Shown piece after piece: positions 27,538 to 38,774 of a stretch of 64,000 nt of DNA (positions are counted from its first letter, which is position 1; every line of letters begins with the position of its first letter). The stretch lies in the NCBI GenBank assembly GCA_038213805.1, contig JBBQSO010000009.1, positions 1 to 64,000 of the forward strand, in the 5' to 3' direction. The position numbers and the translations under genes are program-made. The stretch is from Planctomycetota bacterium (GTDB taxonomy: Bacteria; Planctomycetota; UBA11346). Under the pieces are notes generated by a model. That model did not search any database. It was not told the DNA's origin and worked only from the letters and a program-made list of their open reading frames with translations.

Positions 27538-28383
27538 ATGACGCAACTCATTCCCGTGCTCACCTGCGCCGGCGGCCTGGGCGATGGCGAGTTCTTCGTG
27601 CTCGGCGACCGCGCCGACGTGGTCATCGGGCGCAGCCGGACCTGCGACATCAGCTTCCAGCGCTTCCGTAAATTCCTCGCCCTGCCGGAAATGGAGCGCA
27701 AGCAGCGCGACGACTTCAATTCCGCGGTCAGCCGCCGCCACCTGCGCATCATAATCAGCGGCAGCAAGGTCACTGCCGAGAACCTGTCCTCGGCCGGCAG
27801 TTTCTGCAACGAGGTACGTTTCGATTCCACGCGCGAACACGACCTGAAGGACGGCCCCCTGCAGCTGCGCCTGGGCCAAGCCGAAGAGAAATTCAAGATC
27901 AGCCTGCTCACACCCGAGCAGGTCGAAGCCCTGGTCGCGCCGACGCAGATGCCGATGGGCCGCGGGCGCGGCGAACCGCGCACCGACAACCTGCCCCTGC
28001 CCTTCGCCGAGGATCCCACGCCCGCGGCCAATCCCGCGTTGACGCCATCGCCACGCGGCGACGGGTCGCGCGCCGCGCCCATGGCCCCGCGCGGCGGGTC
28101 GCCGGCCGGCGGTCCGAGCATCACCTTCGCCGGGCCCGGTGGACGCAAGTCCCTGCCGTTCACCCCGGGTGACGAGATGCTCGCGTTCCTCGAGGGCGCT
28201 AACGCCCCCTGCGCCGACCGCGGCTGCGGCGTCGGCTCCTGCCACACCTGCAAGCTCAAGGTCCTCAAGGGCCGCGAGCACGTCACCATGATCACCGATT
28301 ACGACGACAGCGGCCTGGAGAAGAATGAGATCCTGCCGTGCTGTTCGTCAGTGAAGGGACCGGTCGAGGTCGAGAAGGGGTGA
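27538..28383 (+). CDS. FHA domain fused to a plant-type [2Fe-2S] ferredoxin
   Basis: VVIGRSRTCDI...VSRRH (FHA GR and SxxH motifs); Pro/Gly linker; GCGVGSCHTC (C-x4-C-x2-C)...ILPCCS. Confidence 0.85.
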   Translation: MTQLIPVLTCAGGLGDGEFFVLGDRADVVIGRSRTCDISFQRFRKFLALPEMERKQRDDFNSAVSRRHLRIIISGSKVTAENLSSAGSFCNEVRFDSTREHDLKDGPLQLRLGQAEEKFKISLLTPEQVEALVAPTQMPMGRGRGEPRTDNLPLPFAEDPTPAANPALTPSPRGDGSRAAPMAPRGGSPAGGPSITFAGPGGRKSLPFTPGDEMLAFLEGANAPCADRGCGVGSCHTCKLKVLKGREHVTMITDYDDSGLEKNEILPCCSSVKGPVEVEKG

Positions 28384-28396
28384 GCGCCCTGGGGCG

Positions 28397-28588
28397 CAGA
28401 CGCGAGACCCGAGACCCGAGACCCTAGGGACAGCCTGCGGCGATCAGAGGGTGCTGGAGCATCGCCGTTCGCTGCACGACTGACATGCGAGGCGGCCCGC
28501 TGCCTCGCTCTCACCTCAATATCCGGCGTCAAGCGCAAGAACGCGAAAACCAACGCGTTATCACCGGTCTCGGGTCTCGGGTCTCGGC
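28397..28588. repeat. Inverted heptamer arrays (GAGACCC)3 ... (GGTCTCG)3 between convergent genes
   Basis: cagacgcgagacccgagacccgagaccc at ~28397-28425; ggtctcgggtctcgggtctcgg at ~28566-28587. Confidence 0.85.
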
Positions 28589-28610
28589 CCGATGCGGGCA
28601 CAGCGCACGT

Positions 28611-29288
28611 TCATCCACCAACGCGCGCCATCAGCGGGTCACCGACTCCAGCTTCCCGAAACCCCTTCGCGCGCAGCTCGCACGCCGGGCAGGTGCCGCA
28701 GGGCGGGACCAGTCCATTGTAGCAGGTGTGGGTCCACGCCAGCAGCTCGAGCTTGCCGAGGTCGCGGATCAGATGCACGGTCTGCGCCTTGGTCAAATGC
28801 ATCAGCGGCGTGTGGATGGTGACTGGAAACTCCATGCCGGTGCGCAGCGACGCCTGCAGGGCGGTCATGGTGGTCTCGCGGCAATCGGGGTAGCCGCTGT
28901 AGTCGGTCTGGCAGACGCCGGTGACGATCTCGCTGATGCCGCGCTGGTAGGCGTAAGCGGCGGCCAAGGTCAGGAAGATCAGGTTGCGGCCGGGAACGAA
29001 GGTGTTGGGCAGCTGGGTCGCGGCGCGCACGCCACCCTCCACCGCCTCGTCGCCGGTCAGCGAATTGCCGCCCAGGGCGCGGAAGCTGTCGCAGGGGATG
29101 ACACGTTGGGGCACCCCGGCGCGGGCCGCGATGACGGCAGCGGCGGCCAGCTCGATGCGATGGCGCTGGCCGTAGTCGATGGTGATGGTCTCGACGCGCG
29201 CGTAGCGCGCCTGCGCCCAGGCCAGGCAGGTGGTGCTGTCCTGGCCGCCTGAGAAGAGCACGACCGCGGCGGTAGGATCCGGCTGCAT
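28611..29288 (-). CDS. queC: 7-cyano-7-deazaguanine synthase
   Basis: FSGGQDSTTCL, YGQRH, TFVPGRN, DYSGYPDCR, CYNG..PCGTCPAC. Confidence 0.97.
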   Translation of the reverse strand: MQPDPTAAVVLFSGGQDSTTCLAWAQARYARVETITIDYGQRHRIELAAAAVIAARAGVPQRVIPCDSFRALGGNSLTGDEAVEGGVRAATQLPNTFVPGRNLIFLTLAAAYAYQRGISEIVTGVCQTDYSGYPDCRETTMTALQASLRTGMEFPVTIHTPLMHLTKAQTVHLIRDLGKLELLAWTHTCYNGLVPPCGTCPACELRAKGFREAGVGDPLMARVGG

Positions 29289-29424
29289 GGCCGCACCATG
29301 GCGGCGGGTCGCCGACAGGCAAGGCGGCCGGATCCAGCGGATTGCCGGAAACAGCCGCTGGGCAGCAGTGCGGAAGGGGGTATGGAATCTATCTTAAGGT
29401 ATTGTGAAATAATAACTTGCGATA

Positions 29425-29625
29425 TCAGAGCGACAGCGAGCTGACGCGCAGGCGGCCGCTGTCGGTGCGCACCACGGACTGGTATGAGCCGCTCTGCTCG
29501 CGCAGCCGCTGATTCACGCGCTGGGCCAGGGCGGTGGCCTCGCGCAGGAATTCATCCATCTCGGTGACCTGATCGCCGGAAACGTTCGGCAGGCTCGAGG
29601 AATGGCTCATGATCGTGGTCTCCAT
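29425..29625 (-). CDS. Small hypothetical protein (61-66 aa)
   Basis: Coding-like codon use and a helical segment (EMDEFLREATALAQRVNQRLRE); no recognised family. Confidence 0.5.
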   Translation of the reverse strand: METTIMSHSSSLPNVSGDQVTEMDEFLREATALAQRVNQRLREQSGSYQSVVRTDSGRLRVSSLSL

Positions 29626-29781
29626 ACGCGGGGAAGCTGAGTAACGGCAATCTTACCACCCGCTTGATGGCCGACTGGTGGCTTGTGCAACCATCGCTGC
29701 CGGCGGTGTGTCACTCCAGAAGTGCCGATGCCCGCCGGGGGCTGGGGTTGTGCCCACACGGTACCTGGGGATGGTCCCGCC

Positions 29782-31833
<2,052 letters not shown>

Positions 31834-31914
31834 GGTGGGATGCGGGACGCGAGGACGGCATCGGCCTCACCGCTCATCCACCGCGCGTCCCGCTTCCCGT
31901 TTCATGACCCGGGC

Positions 31915-33390
31915 TCAGTCCGCCTTGCGGAAGTCGATGAAACCGCGCTCCACATCGATCCGGTCCAGCTGCACGCGCAGCCGGTCGCCCACACCAACGC
32001 CGGCGAGGCCGCTTGCCAGCCGGCCTTCAACAGGCGGCTGCAGGATCCGCACCCACGTACCCTTGGCGGAGGCGCCGGTGACGATGGCATCGAATGCCTG
32101 GCCGATCCTGGATTGCAACAGCATGGCAGCGGCGGATTTCGCCACCTGGCGCTCGACCTTGTTCGCGACCCCTTCCCGCTCGGTGCACTGCGCTGCGATC
32201 ACCGTCAGTTCATCGCTGGCATAAGGCTGAGCGCCGCCGGTCACGGCGGCTTTCAGCAGGCGCTGCGTGATCAGATCGGGATAGCGGCGGTTGGGGGCCG
32301 TGGAATGCGCGTAGTCCTTGACCGCGAGGCCGAAGTGCCCTGTGGCGATCCCACCCGGAATCTGAACGACGTATTCGCCGGAACCCAGCAACTTGATGAC
32401 GCTCAGCGAGAGATCGGGGAAGCGCAGCGGGTCTGCGGCTCTGGCGGAAAGCAGGAACCCCTCCAACGCCTGCGCGTCGGGCTCATTGGGCAGAGTGGTC
32501 CCGCGTGCGGCGGCCAGTTCGACGATGCGGTTCCAGTTCTTGGGCGTGCGGACGACGCGGCGCAGGGACGGGAAGCCCTTCGCCGCGAGGAAACGCGCCG
32601 TCACGCCGTTGGCCGCGATCATGAAATCCGCGATCAGGTCCTTGGCGCGGTTCGGCTGGTCGGTCTCCAGGCCCTGGAGCCCCTCGCCGGCGAAGACCGC
32701 CCGCGCCTGGATGGTCTCGAGGTCGAGCGCCCCGTGCGCGTGGCGGATGCTTTTCAGACGCTGCGCAACGCCATCCTGCAGCCGGAGATTCGCATCGAGC
32801 CCAGCGACACCGCTGATTCCAGACGGCATCGGACCCTTCCCCTCGAGCCATGCAGCGACTCCGTTGTAAGCCAGCTTAGCCCGGCTGCACACGAGCGCCT
32901 GATAGATGTCTGAAGCCTGAACCGAGCCGTCCGCAGCGAAGCTCATCTCGATGACCACCGCCAGCCGGTCGGCCGCCAGGTTGAGCGAGGTGAGATCGGT
33001 GGACAGCCTCCCCGGCAGCATCGGGAAGATCCCGCCAGCGGTATACACCGAGGTGGTGTTGGCCCGCGCATGCTCGTCCAGGGGCGACTGCTTCTGAACG
33101 AGCACATCGACATCGGCGATGGCGACCAGGATCTTCACGGCTCCATCCGGCAGCGCTTCGGCAACGGTCAGCTGATCCAGATCACGCGAGTCGTCATTGT
33201 CGATGGAGCACCACAGGAGTTTCCGGAGATCGCGCGTGAATCCGTCATTCCTGGTCGCGGCGCCGTGGATCCCATCGAGCTGGGCCAGCGCCTGGCTCGG
33301 GAAATCCGGGGCGAGGCCTTTCTCAACCATGACGCGCCGCGCGATCCGGCGCAGGATGGAGAGGCTCTGATTGTTGGTGGAAGTGGTCAT
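31915..33390 (-). CDS. RNB-domain exoribonuclease (RNase II/R family, short form)
   Basis: SIDNDDSRDLDQ, VAIADV, HFGLAVKDYAHSTAPNRRYPDL, C-terminal S1-like domain; GGAG RBS before ATG 33390. Confidence 0.92.
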   Translation of the reverse strand: MTTSTNNQSLSILRRIARRVMVEKGLAPDFPSQALAQLDGIHGAATRNDGFTRDLRKLLWCSIDNDDSRDLDQLTVAEALPDGAVKILVAIADVDVLVQKQSPLDEHARANTTSVYTAGGIFPMLPGRLSTDLTSLNLAADRLAVVIEMSFAADGSVQASDIYQALVCSRAKLAYNGVAAWLEGKGPMPSGISGVAGLDANLRLQDGVAQRLKSIRHAHGALDLETIQARAVFAGEGLQGLETDQPNRAKDLIADFMIAANGVTARFLAAKGFPSLRRVVRTPKNWNRIVELAAARGTTLPNEPDAQALEGFLLSARAADPLRFPDLSLSVIKLLGSGEYVVQIPGGIATGHFGLAVKDYAHSTAPNRRYPDLITQRLLKAAVTGGAQPYASDELTVIAAQCTEREGVANKVERQVAKSAAAMLLQSRIGQAFDAIVTGASAKGTWVRILQPPVEGRLASGLAGVGVGDRLRVQLDRIDVERGFIDFRKAD

Positions 33391-33613
33391 GATTTCAGCT
33401 CCGGAGAGGAGGTTGCTTCGTACGGAACTGTCGCCCAGTCCGCCAGAATACATCAAGGCCGGGTGGCTCGGGGCCGCGCGGCCACTGCGCTACGACCCGT
33501 TGCTGGGGCCCTGATGCGGCGCTACGGCATGACGCTTCGGGATCACGGTCACACCACGAAAGCGCGGTTCCTCTCGCCTCGCGCGGACCGGCCGCTCAAC
33601 CTGCGGCGGAGAT

Positions 33614-34483
33614 TCAGAACCGCCGCTGCGGCACGTAGACCGTGTCGCCCGGCCGCAGCACCGGGTCCTCCAACTCGCGGTGGCCGCTGAGGATGCCCTC
33701 GACGTTGACGGCCTTCACGGGCTCGCCGGCGTGCAGCAGCTGGACCTCACCCTCGCGCGCGTACTTGTCGAAGCCGCCGGCCAGACTCACCGCCTTGCTC
33801 ACGGTCAGGGTCTCTTGGCTGGGGATGCTCAGCGCGCCCGGCTTCATCACCTGTCCGGCGATGTAGATGCGATCGAGGCGCGGCACCACGACCAGGTCGT
33901 TGGGCAGCAGGACCACGTCCTTGTTGGCGTTGCCGTTGTCGCCGACCACCACGGGTATGGCTGAGATCTCGCCCTTCTCGCTTTCGCGCAGCACCGCTAT
34001 GCCGCGCCGATTGCCTTCCTCGAGCAGGCCGCCTGAACTGGTCACCGCCTGGATGGCGGTGGTCGCGACCGAGGGCTCAAGGTCGATGGCGCCGGGCCGG
34101 GCGACGCTACCCATCACGTAGATGCGGCGGCGACCGAACTCCTTCACCGTCAGCACCACCACCGCCTGCTGGAGGTAGTCCGCCTCATAGAGCGTCTTGA
34201 GCCGCGCGCTGAGCGCGTCGACGGTCATGCCGCGCACCTGGTCGACGGCGCCGATCAGCGGGAAGTGCACCGGCCCGGACACCGGCACGCGCACCACCGA
34301 GGTGAGGTCGGGGTGATTGTAGACCTCGAGCTGAAGGAGGTCACCGGGACGCAGGGCATCGAGCGCGTCGGCACTGCCGGCGGGCTCGGCACCCAGCGCG
34401 CGGCCAGGTGCGGCGACCGCCAGAGTCAGGATGAGCATGGCTGCGCCCAGCGCGCGCCCCAACCAGCTGATGCGCGTCCTCAC
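33614..34483 (-). CDS. Polysaccharide export OPX protein (Poly_export + 2 SLBB), short form without C-terminal OM helix
   Basis: LRPGDLLQLEVY, FPLIGAV, IYVMGSVARPG, IYIAGQVMKPG, ends LRPGDTVYVPQRRF; GGAGG RBS before GTG 34483. Confidence 0.9.
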   Translation of the reverse strand: MRTRISWLGRALGAAMLILTLAVAAPGRALGAEPAGSADALDALRPGDLLQLEVYNHPDLTSVVRVPVSGPVHFPLIGAVDQVRGMTVDALSARLKTLYEADYLQQAVVVLTVKEFGRRRIYVMGSVARPGAIDLEPSVATTAIQAVTSSGGLLEEGNRRGIAVLRESEKGEISAIPVVVGDNGNANKDVVLLPNDLVVVPRLDRIYIAGQVMKPGALSIPSQETLTVSKAVSLAGGFDKYAREGEVQLLHAGEPVKAVNVEGILSGHRELEDPVLRPGDTVYVPQRRF

Positions 34484-34539
34484 GGTGCGGCCCTCCGGCC
34501 TGCGATGATGCACAGCGTCCCCGTTCCGCAACGACCATG

Positions 34540-34566
34540 GCCTGCGCTGCACAATGCAGCGCAGGC
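34540..34566. promoter_or_regulatory. Perfect 12-bp inverted repeat between divergent OPX and Wzc-like genes
   Basis: GCCTGCGCTGCA-CAA-TGCAGCGCAGGC; possible operator or hairpin, function not established. Confidence 0.4.
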
Positions 34567-34663
34567 GGGCGGCACTGCGGCATGCACAGGCCATGGACCG
34601 CGGTTGACTCATGGCATCCGGCGGGTGTGCTGGCCAACCACTCCCGCTCCGGGCCAATCTCCC

Positions 34664-36781
34664 ATGAACACTCCCGCTCAGCTGACCGCATCCGTCCCCT
34701 TGTCGACCCTGCTCGGCATGATCTGGCGGCGGAGGTATATCGCCATCACGGTCGGCGCCGCCTTCGCTGCGCTGATCTTCCTGGCGACCATGACCATCAC
34801 TCCGCTGTATGAGGCGGACGCCATGCTGGTGGTGGATAAGGGGCGCAAGGCCCTGAAATTCCAGGCGGACGACGTCGAGATCGAGAAGGGCTCGGAGTTC
34901 TCTGTGCTCAACACCCAACGCGACCTGCTGGTCTCCTACCCGGTGCTGCGCGCCGTGCTCGACCAGACCGGCCTGGCCCAGAAGCCGATCTACGCGCACA
35001 GCCGCGATCCCGTCGAACTGCTGCGCGCACGCCTCAAGGTCCTGACCAACAAGGACAGCTGGGTGATCACCCTGGCGATGCGCGACGAGGACCCGGAGAT
35101 GGCCCGCACCGCCCTGGGCAAGCTCATCGCCACCCACCTTGAGAACGAGGCCAAGCGCGGCGCCGAGCGCTCGCGTGGGGCGATCAGCTTCCTGCACGAG
35201 CAGGTCGACAAGGCGCGCGTGAATCTTGAGCGCCAGCGCGCCGCCGAGCAGGAACTGCGCAAGCGCAAAGGCATCCTGTCCACCGACCCCGACCGCAACC
35301 ACCTGTCGCTCGACCTCGCCACCCTCAACGCCAGCCGCATCGACCTCGGCGCCACCGCCGCGGCCAGCGCCGCCGTCGTCCAGGCGATCGAGGACTGCGG
35401 CAAGCTTGAGCAGGCAGCGCGCCGCGATGCCCTGCTGCGCATCCCCGAGATCCGCCACGACCCCCTGGTCGAACAGCGTCAAGAGGCGCTGTTCACCCTG
35501 CAGGACCACGTCGTCGCCCTTGAGCAGCGCTACAAGCCAGGCCACCCGTTGATGATCGAGGCGCTCAAGCAGGTCGAGGCGGCAAAGGAACGCCTGGCCG
35601 CGGTGGTCGAGAGCGCGCGGGCCTCGCTGGTCCAGAACGATCAGGCCCTCGGCCGCCGCCTCGCCCAGCTCGACCAGCACGTCGCCGCCGTGGTCTCCGA
35701 GCTGGCTGATTACCGCGCCAATCTCATCGAGCTCCAGGACAAGACCCAGGAGGCCGACACCGCGGAGCGGCTGTTCCAGACCCTGCTCAGCCGCCTGCAG
35801 GAAGAGGAGGTCACCAGCCACCTCGGCGACCAGGTGGTCAGCGTCGCCGAGCCGGCCCATGGCACGCAGTGGCCGGTGAACATCCGCAAGTCGCTGTTCA
35901 TGCTCGCCGCGCTGTTCCTCGGCGTGCTCGCCGGTGGCACCGTCGCGCTGGTCGTCGACGGCCTGGATGGTCGCATCCGCGACGCTGCGGGCGTGCGCGA
36001 GGTGACCGACCTCCCGACCCTCGGCTTCATCCCGCACTACGATGCGCTACCGGCTCTCGGCCGCCTCACCGCCACGCCCAACCCCCATTTGCGCACGGTC
36101 GACGAGTCATTCCGCATCCTGCGTTCGACCATCCAGCTCTCGCACGACCTGCAGCAGGGCTCGCGCATCATCGCCATCACCTCGCCGAGCCCCAGCGATG
36201 GCCGCACCGCGATCGCCACGCGCCTGGCGCGCAGCCTGACCGCGTCCGGACGGCGCGTACTGCTCATCGATGGCGACATGCGCAATCCCACCGTCCATAC
36301 CCACCTCGGCGAGGAGGACGGGCCGGGCCTGTGCGAGCTGCTGGTGGGCGAAGAGGTGAGCCCCATCCCCACCTCATACGCGCGCCTCGATCTGCTGCGC
36401 GCCGGCGCCCAGCTCGAGAACATCGCCGAGCTCTTCCAGAGCGTGCGTTTCTACGATCTGCTTTCCGACTTCACCGCGACCTATCACTACATCGTCATCG
36501 ACACGCCGCCGCTGGAATTCTCGGAGTCGCTGATGCTCGGTGCGGTCGCCGACGACATCCTGCTGGTGGTGCGCGAGCGCTCGACCACCAAGGAGGCGCT
36601 GCGCCTCGCCCACATCCACCTCGGCCGGCTGCTTGGCAAGGTGCTGGGGCTGATCATCAACGACGACCGCTCGGTCGCCTCAGGCCGCGGTCAGGACGCG
36701 CGCCTGGCGCGCGCCGTGCCGGCGGTGGCGCATCGCCCGCTCGAACGTGTCGGTCCGGGCGCGCCGCCCGCAGCGGGCTGA
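34664..36781 (+). CDS. Polysaccharide co-polymerase / BY-kinase (Wzc/GumC-like), degenerate kinase
   Basis: Wzz-like N-terminal TM, coiled coil, second TM, then ITSPSPSDGRT, LLIDGDMRNP, IVIDTPP; no C-terminal Tyr cluster. Confidence 0.9.
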   Translation: MNTPAQLTASVPLSTLLGMIWRRRYIAITVGAAFAALIFLATMTITPLYEADAMLVVDKGRKALKFQADDVEIEKGSEFSVLNTQRDLLVSYPVLRAVLDQTGLAQKPIYAHSRDPVELLRARLKVLTNKDSWVITLAMRDEDPEMARTALGKLIATHLENEAKRGAERSRGAISFLHEQVDKARVNLERQRAAEQELRKRKGILSTDPDRNHLSLDLATLNASRIDLGATAAASAAVVQAIEDCGKLEQAARRDALLRIPEIRHDPLVEQRQEALFTLQDHVVALEQRYKPGHPLMIEALKQVEAAKERLAAVVESARASLVQNDQALGRRLAQLDQHVAAVVSELADYRANLIELQDKTQEADTAERLFQTLLSRLQEEEVTSHLGDQVVSVAEPAHGTQWPVNIRKSLFMLAALFLGVLAGGTVALVVDGLDGRIRDAAGVREVTDLPTLGFIPHYDALPALGRLTATPNPHLRTVDESFRILRSTIQLSHDLQQGSRIIAITSPSPSDGRTAIATRLARSLTASGRRVLLIDGDMRNPTVHTHLGEEDGPGLCELLVGEEVSPIPTSYARLDLLRAGAQLENIAELFQSVRFYDLLSDFTATYHYIVIDTPPLEFSESLMLGAVADDILLVVRERSTTKEALRLAHIHLGRLLGKVLGLIINDDRSVASGRGQDARLARAVPAVAHRPLERVGPGAPPAAG

Positions 36782-36784
36782 GAT

Positions 36785-38020
36785 TCAATACGCGTAGGCG
36801 ATGTCGGCCGACATCTGCTCACGGTTGTAGTTGCTCGCGCCGTTCGAGCTGACATGGCTGCCGAGCACGCGCAGGTGGGCCGAGAGGCCCTCGACGAATT
36901 CGTACTGGAGAGCCAACGAGCCGCTCGCGACCTGGCGCTCGGGGATCTCGACCCCGGCTGGTGCGCCGCTGTTGCGGTCGCGCGAAAGCGAGAGGCTGGC
37001 GATCAGGGCGCAGCGCTGCTGCAGGCGCAGGCGCACATCGCCGGCGACCCCGTAGGAGGTCTCGGCGTTGCTCTGCAGGCCGTCGCCGGCGTTGCTGAAG
37101 AGGCGGACTCCGACGCGGCTGGATTGCTCCCAGAGCCACTCGGCCCCGGCATCCACCCTGGGCCAGATCACGGTGCGGTCGTCGAAGGCGGGATCCTTCC
37201 GGAAGTCGTCGGCATAGAAGCGCCCGATCACGCCGCCCTCGACGTGCAGGCTGGTGCGCGGCCCCAGCGGCCAGCGCCGGCCCGCAGTGGTGACCAGCGC
37301 GCGGCAGTCGTTGAAGCGTGGCCCGGACGGGTAGTCGACGAACTCGAGACGACCCGCGAACCAGTACTGGTCCTCGCGGTCGCCGCTGCCGACGCGCAGG
37401 TCGCCGCTCCAGGTGGTATGGTCGGCCTCGTTCTCGTCGAACAGTGAGGTGGCGTCGCGGTAGTTGCGGTGGCTCCACCCGAGGGCCGCCTCCTGCCACC
37501 AGTCCGCCACCACCTGGCGGTGGCCGCTGACGGCGAGATCGTAATCGTCGCGCAGCACCTGCTCGCCAGAGATGATCAGCGCGTCCTGGGTGCTCGTCCA
37601 GCCGCCCGTTCCCTTAACGGTGAAGCCCACGCCGGTGTAGTCGCCGCCGAGGCGCACCCGCCCGATGGTCGCATCCTGGTCGGCGAAGCGGTTGTAGTGG
37701 ATGCGCTCCAGCTCGCCCTCGAAACGCGCGTTCCAGTCCGGATTGGGCAGATAGCGCGCGAGCAGGCCGACCAGGCCACGCCCGTAGGTGTCCGAGCCGC
37801 GTCTGGTGACCGGATCGACATCGCTGATCCAGCCCACGCCGAGCAGGGCCAGCGGGTGGAGTTCGAGGCGGTCCTGGATCAGGCGCAGGTCACCGGCTGG
37901 CGGAATGGTGAAATCAGAGACCGGCACCTCCTGCATGCCGTCGCGGGCCCAGGCGGCCGTGCTGGAGGTGACAAGCAGCGCCGCGAGGGCGACCGGCGTG
38001 ACGAGGACGTGTCTTGGCAT
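36785..38020 (-). CDS. Outer-membrane beta-barrel associated with polysaccharide export (EpsX/VpsM-like, inferred)
   Basis: Signal peptide, amphipathic strands, C-terminal YNREQMSADIAYAY; adjacent to the OPX and Wzc-like genes. Confidence 0.75.
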   Translation of the reverse strand: MPRHVLVTPVALAALLVTSSTAAWARDGMQEVPVSDFTIPPAGDLRLIQDRLELHPLALLGVGWISDVDPVTRRGSDTYGRGLVGLLARYLPNPDWNARFEGELERIHYNRFADQDATIGRVRLGGDYTGVGFTVKGTGGWTSTQDALIISGEQVLRDDYDLAVSGHRQVVADWWQEAALGWSHRNYRDATSLFDENEADHTTWSGDLRVGSGDREDQYWFAGRLEFVDYPSGPRFNDCRALVTTAGRRWPLGPRTSLHVEGGVIGRFYADDFRKDPAFDDRTVIWPRVDAGAEWLWEQSSRVGVRLFSNAGDGLQSNAETSYGVAGDVRLRLQQRCALIASLSLSRDRNSGAPAGVEIPERQVASGSLALQYEFVEGLSAHLRVLGSHVSSNGASNYNREQMSADIAYAY

Positions 38021-38184
38021 GGTGCGCAACCCTAGCCGAGGTCCGCTGCGCCGCCATGCCCCGGCGAGCCGCACGCGCGCGGCCGTCTCCCACAAGCTGC
38101 TGCTACCCTCAGGGTGCGTTAGCGGCGCGGGCCATGGCGCGGGCGGTCGAAGAACGGGTGCAGCATCGACGACGCAGCTGACGC

Positions 38185-38200
38185 TGGCACGACCCGTGCG
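38185..38200 (+). promoter_or_regulatory. Candidate sigma-54 promoter
   Basis: TGGCACG-ACCC-GTGCG: perfect -24 element and GG-N10-GC spacing, ~50 nt upstream of ORF 38252. Confidence 0.5.
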
Positions 38201-38251
38201 AAGGATTCGACCGGACGGACCTTGCCAGGTGTTTTTTTTGGGGACATACTC

Positions 38252-38713
38252 ATGGAAATGGCCATTCCCTATAGTTCAACCGCGCCCCTGGCCGAGGTTT
38301 ACCGCCTGGCGGCGATCCAAGCGCTCAGCGAGGGTCGGGTCACTGCGGCCTTCCTGGCCAAACACACCCGTTGTCCCGTGCCGATCGCAACCCAGGTCGC
38401 CGGCGAGATCTTCAAAGGTGCAGCACATCTGCGCAATGGCACCCTTCTGCCCGCCCAGTCCGAACTGTCGCTGGCCACGATGGATGGGCAGGGCGCCGAC
38501 CCAGCGCAGTCCGTCACCTCGGTCTATCGGCGCAGCGTTTCGGTGTGGCGCCAGCACCTCGTACGCAAACAGGAGGAGCTGGACCGGCTCGCTGAATTCG
38601 GCGATGAGGGCGGAGAGCAGGTGGCCGCCCTTGAGGCGCAGATCGCCGAACTGCGCAAGCGGCTGGCCGACTCCGAACTCACCGTGATCGAGGACGAGCC
38701 CGAACGCGCCTGA
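38252..38713 (+). CDS. Hypothetical protein with C-terminal coiled coil
   Basis: ATG at 38252 or 38258; QVAALEAQIAELRKRLAD heptads; no family recognised. Confidence 0.65.
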   Translation: MEMAIPYSSTAPLAEVYRLAAIQALSEGRVTAAFLAKHTRCPVPIATQVAGEIFKGAAHLRNGTLLPAQSELSLATMDGQGADPAQSVTSVYRRSVSVWRQHLVRKQEELDRLAEFGDEGGEQVAALEAQIAELRKRLADSELTVIEDEPERA

Positions 38714-38774
38714 AAGGCGGTTCCGCAGGCTTCAACGCTTGATTCCGGCTATCAGCGCGCGATGGCCGGATGGC

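Noticed and set aside
29289..29424. preQ1 riboswitch upstream of queC
   Set aside because: No recognisable preQ1 stem plus A-rich tail on the minus strand by eye; an Rfam scan would be decisive.
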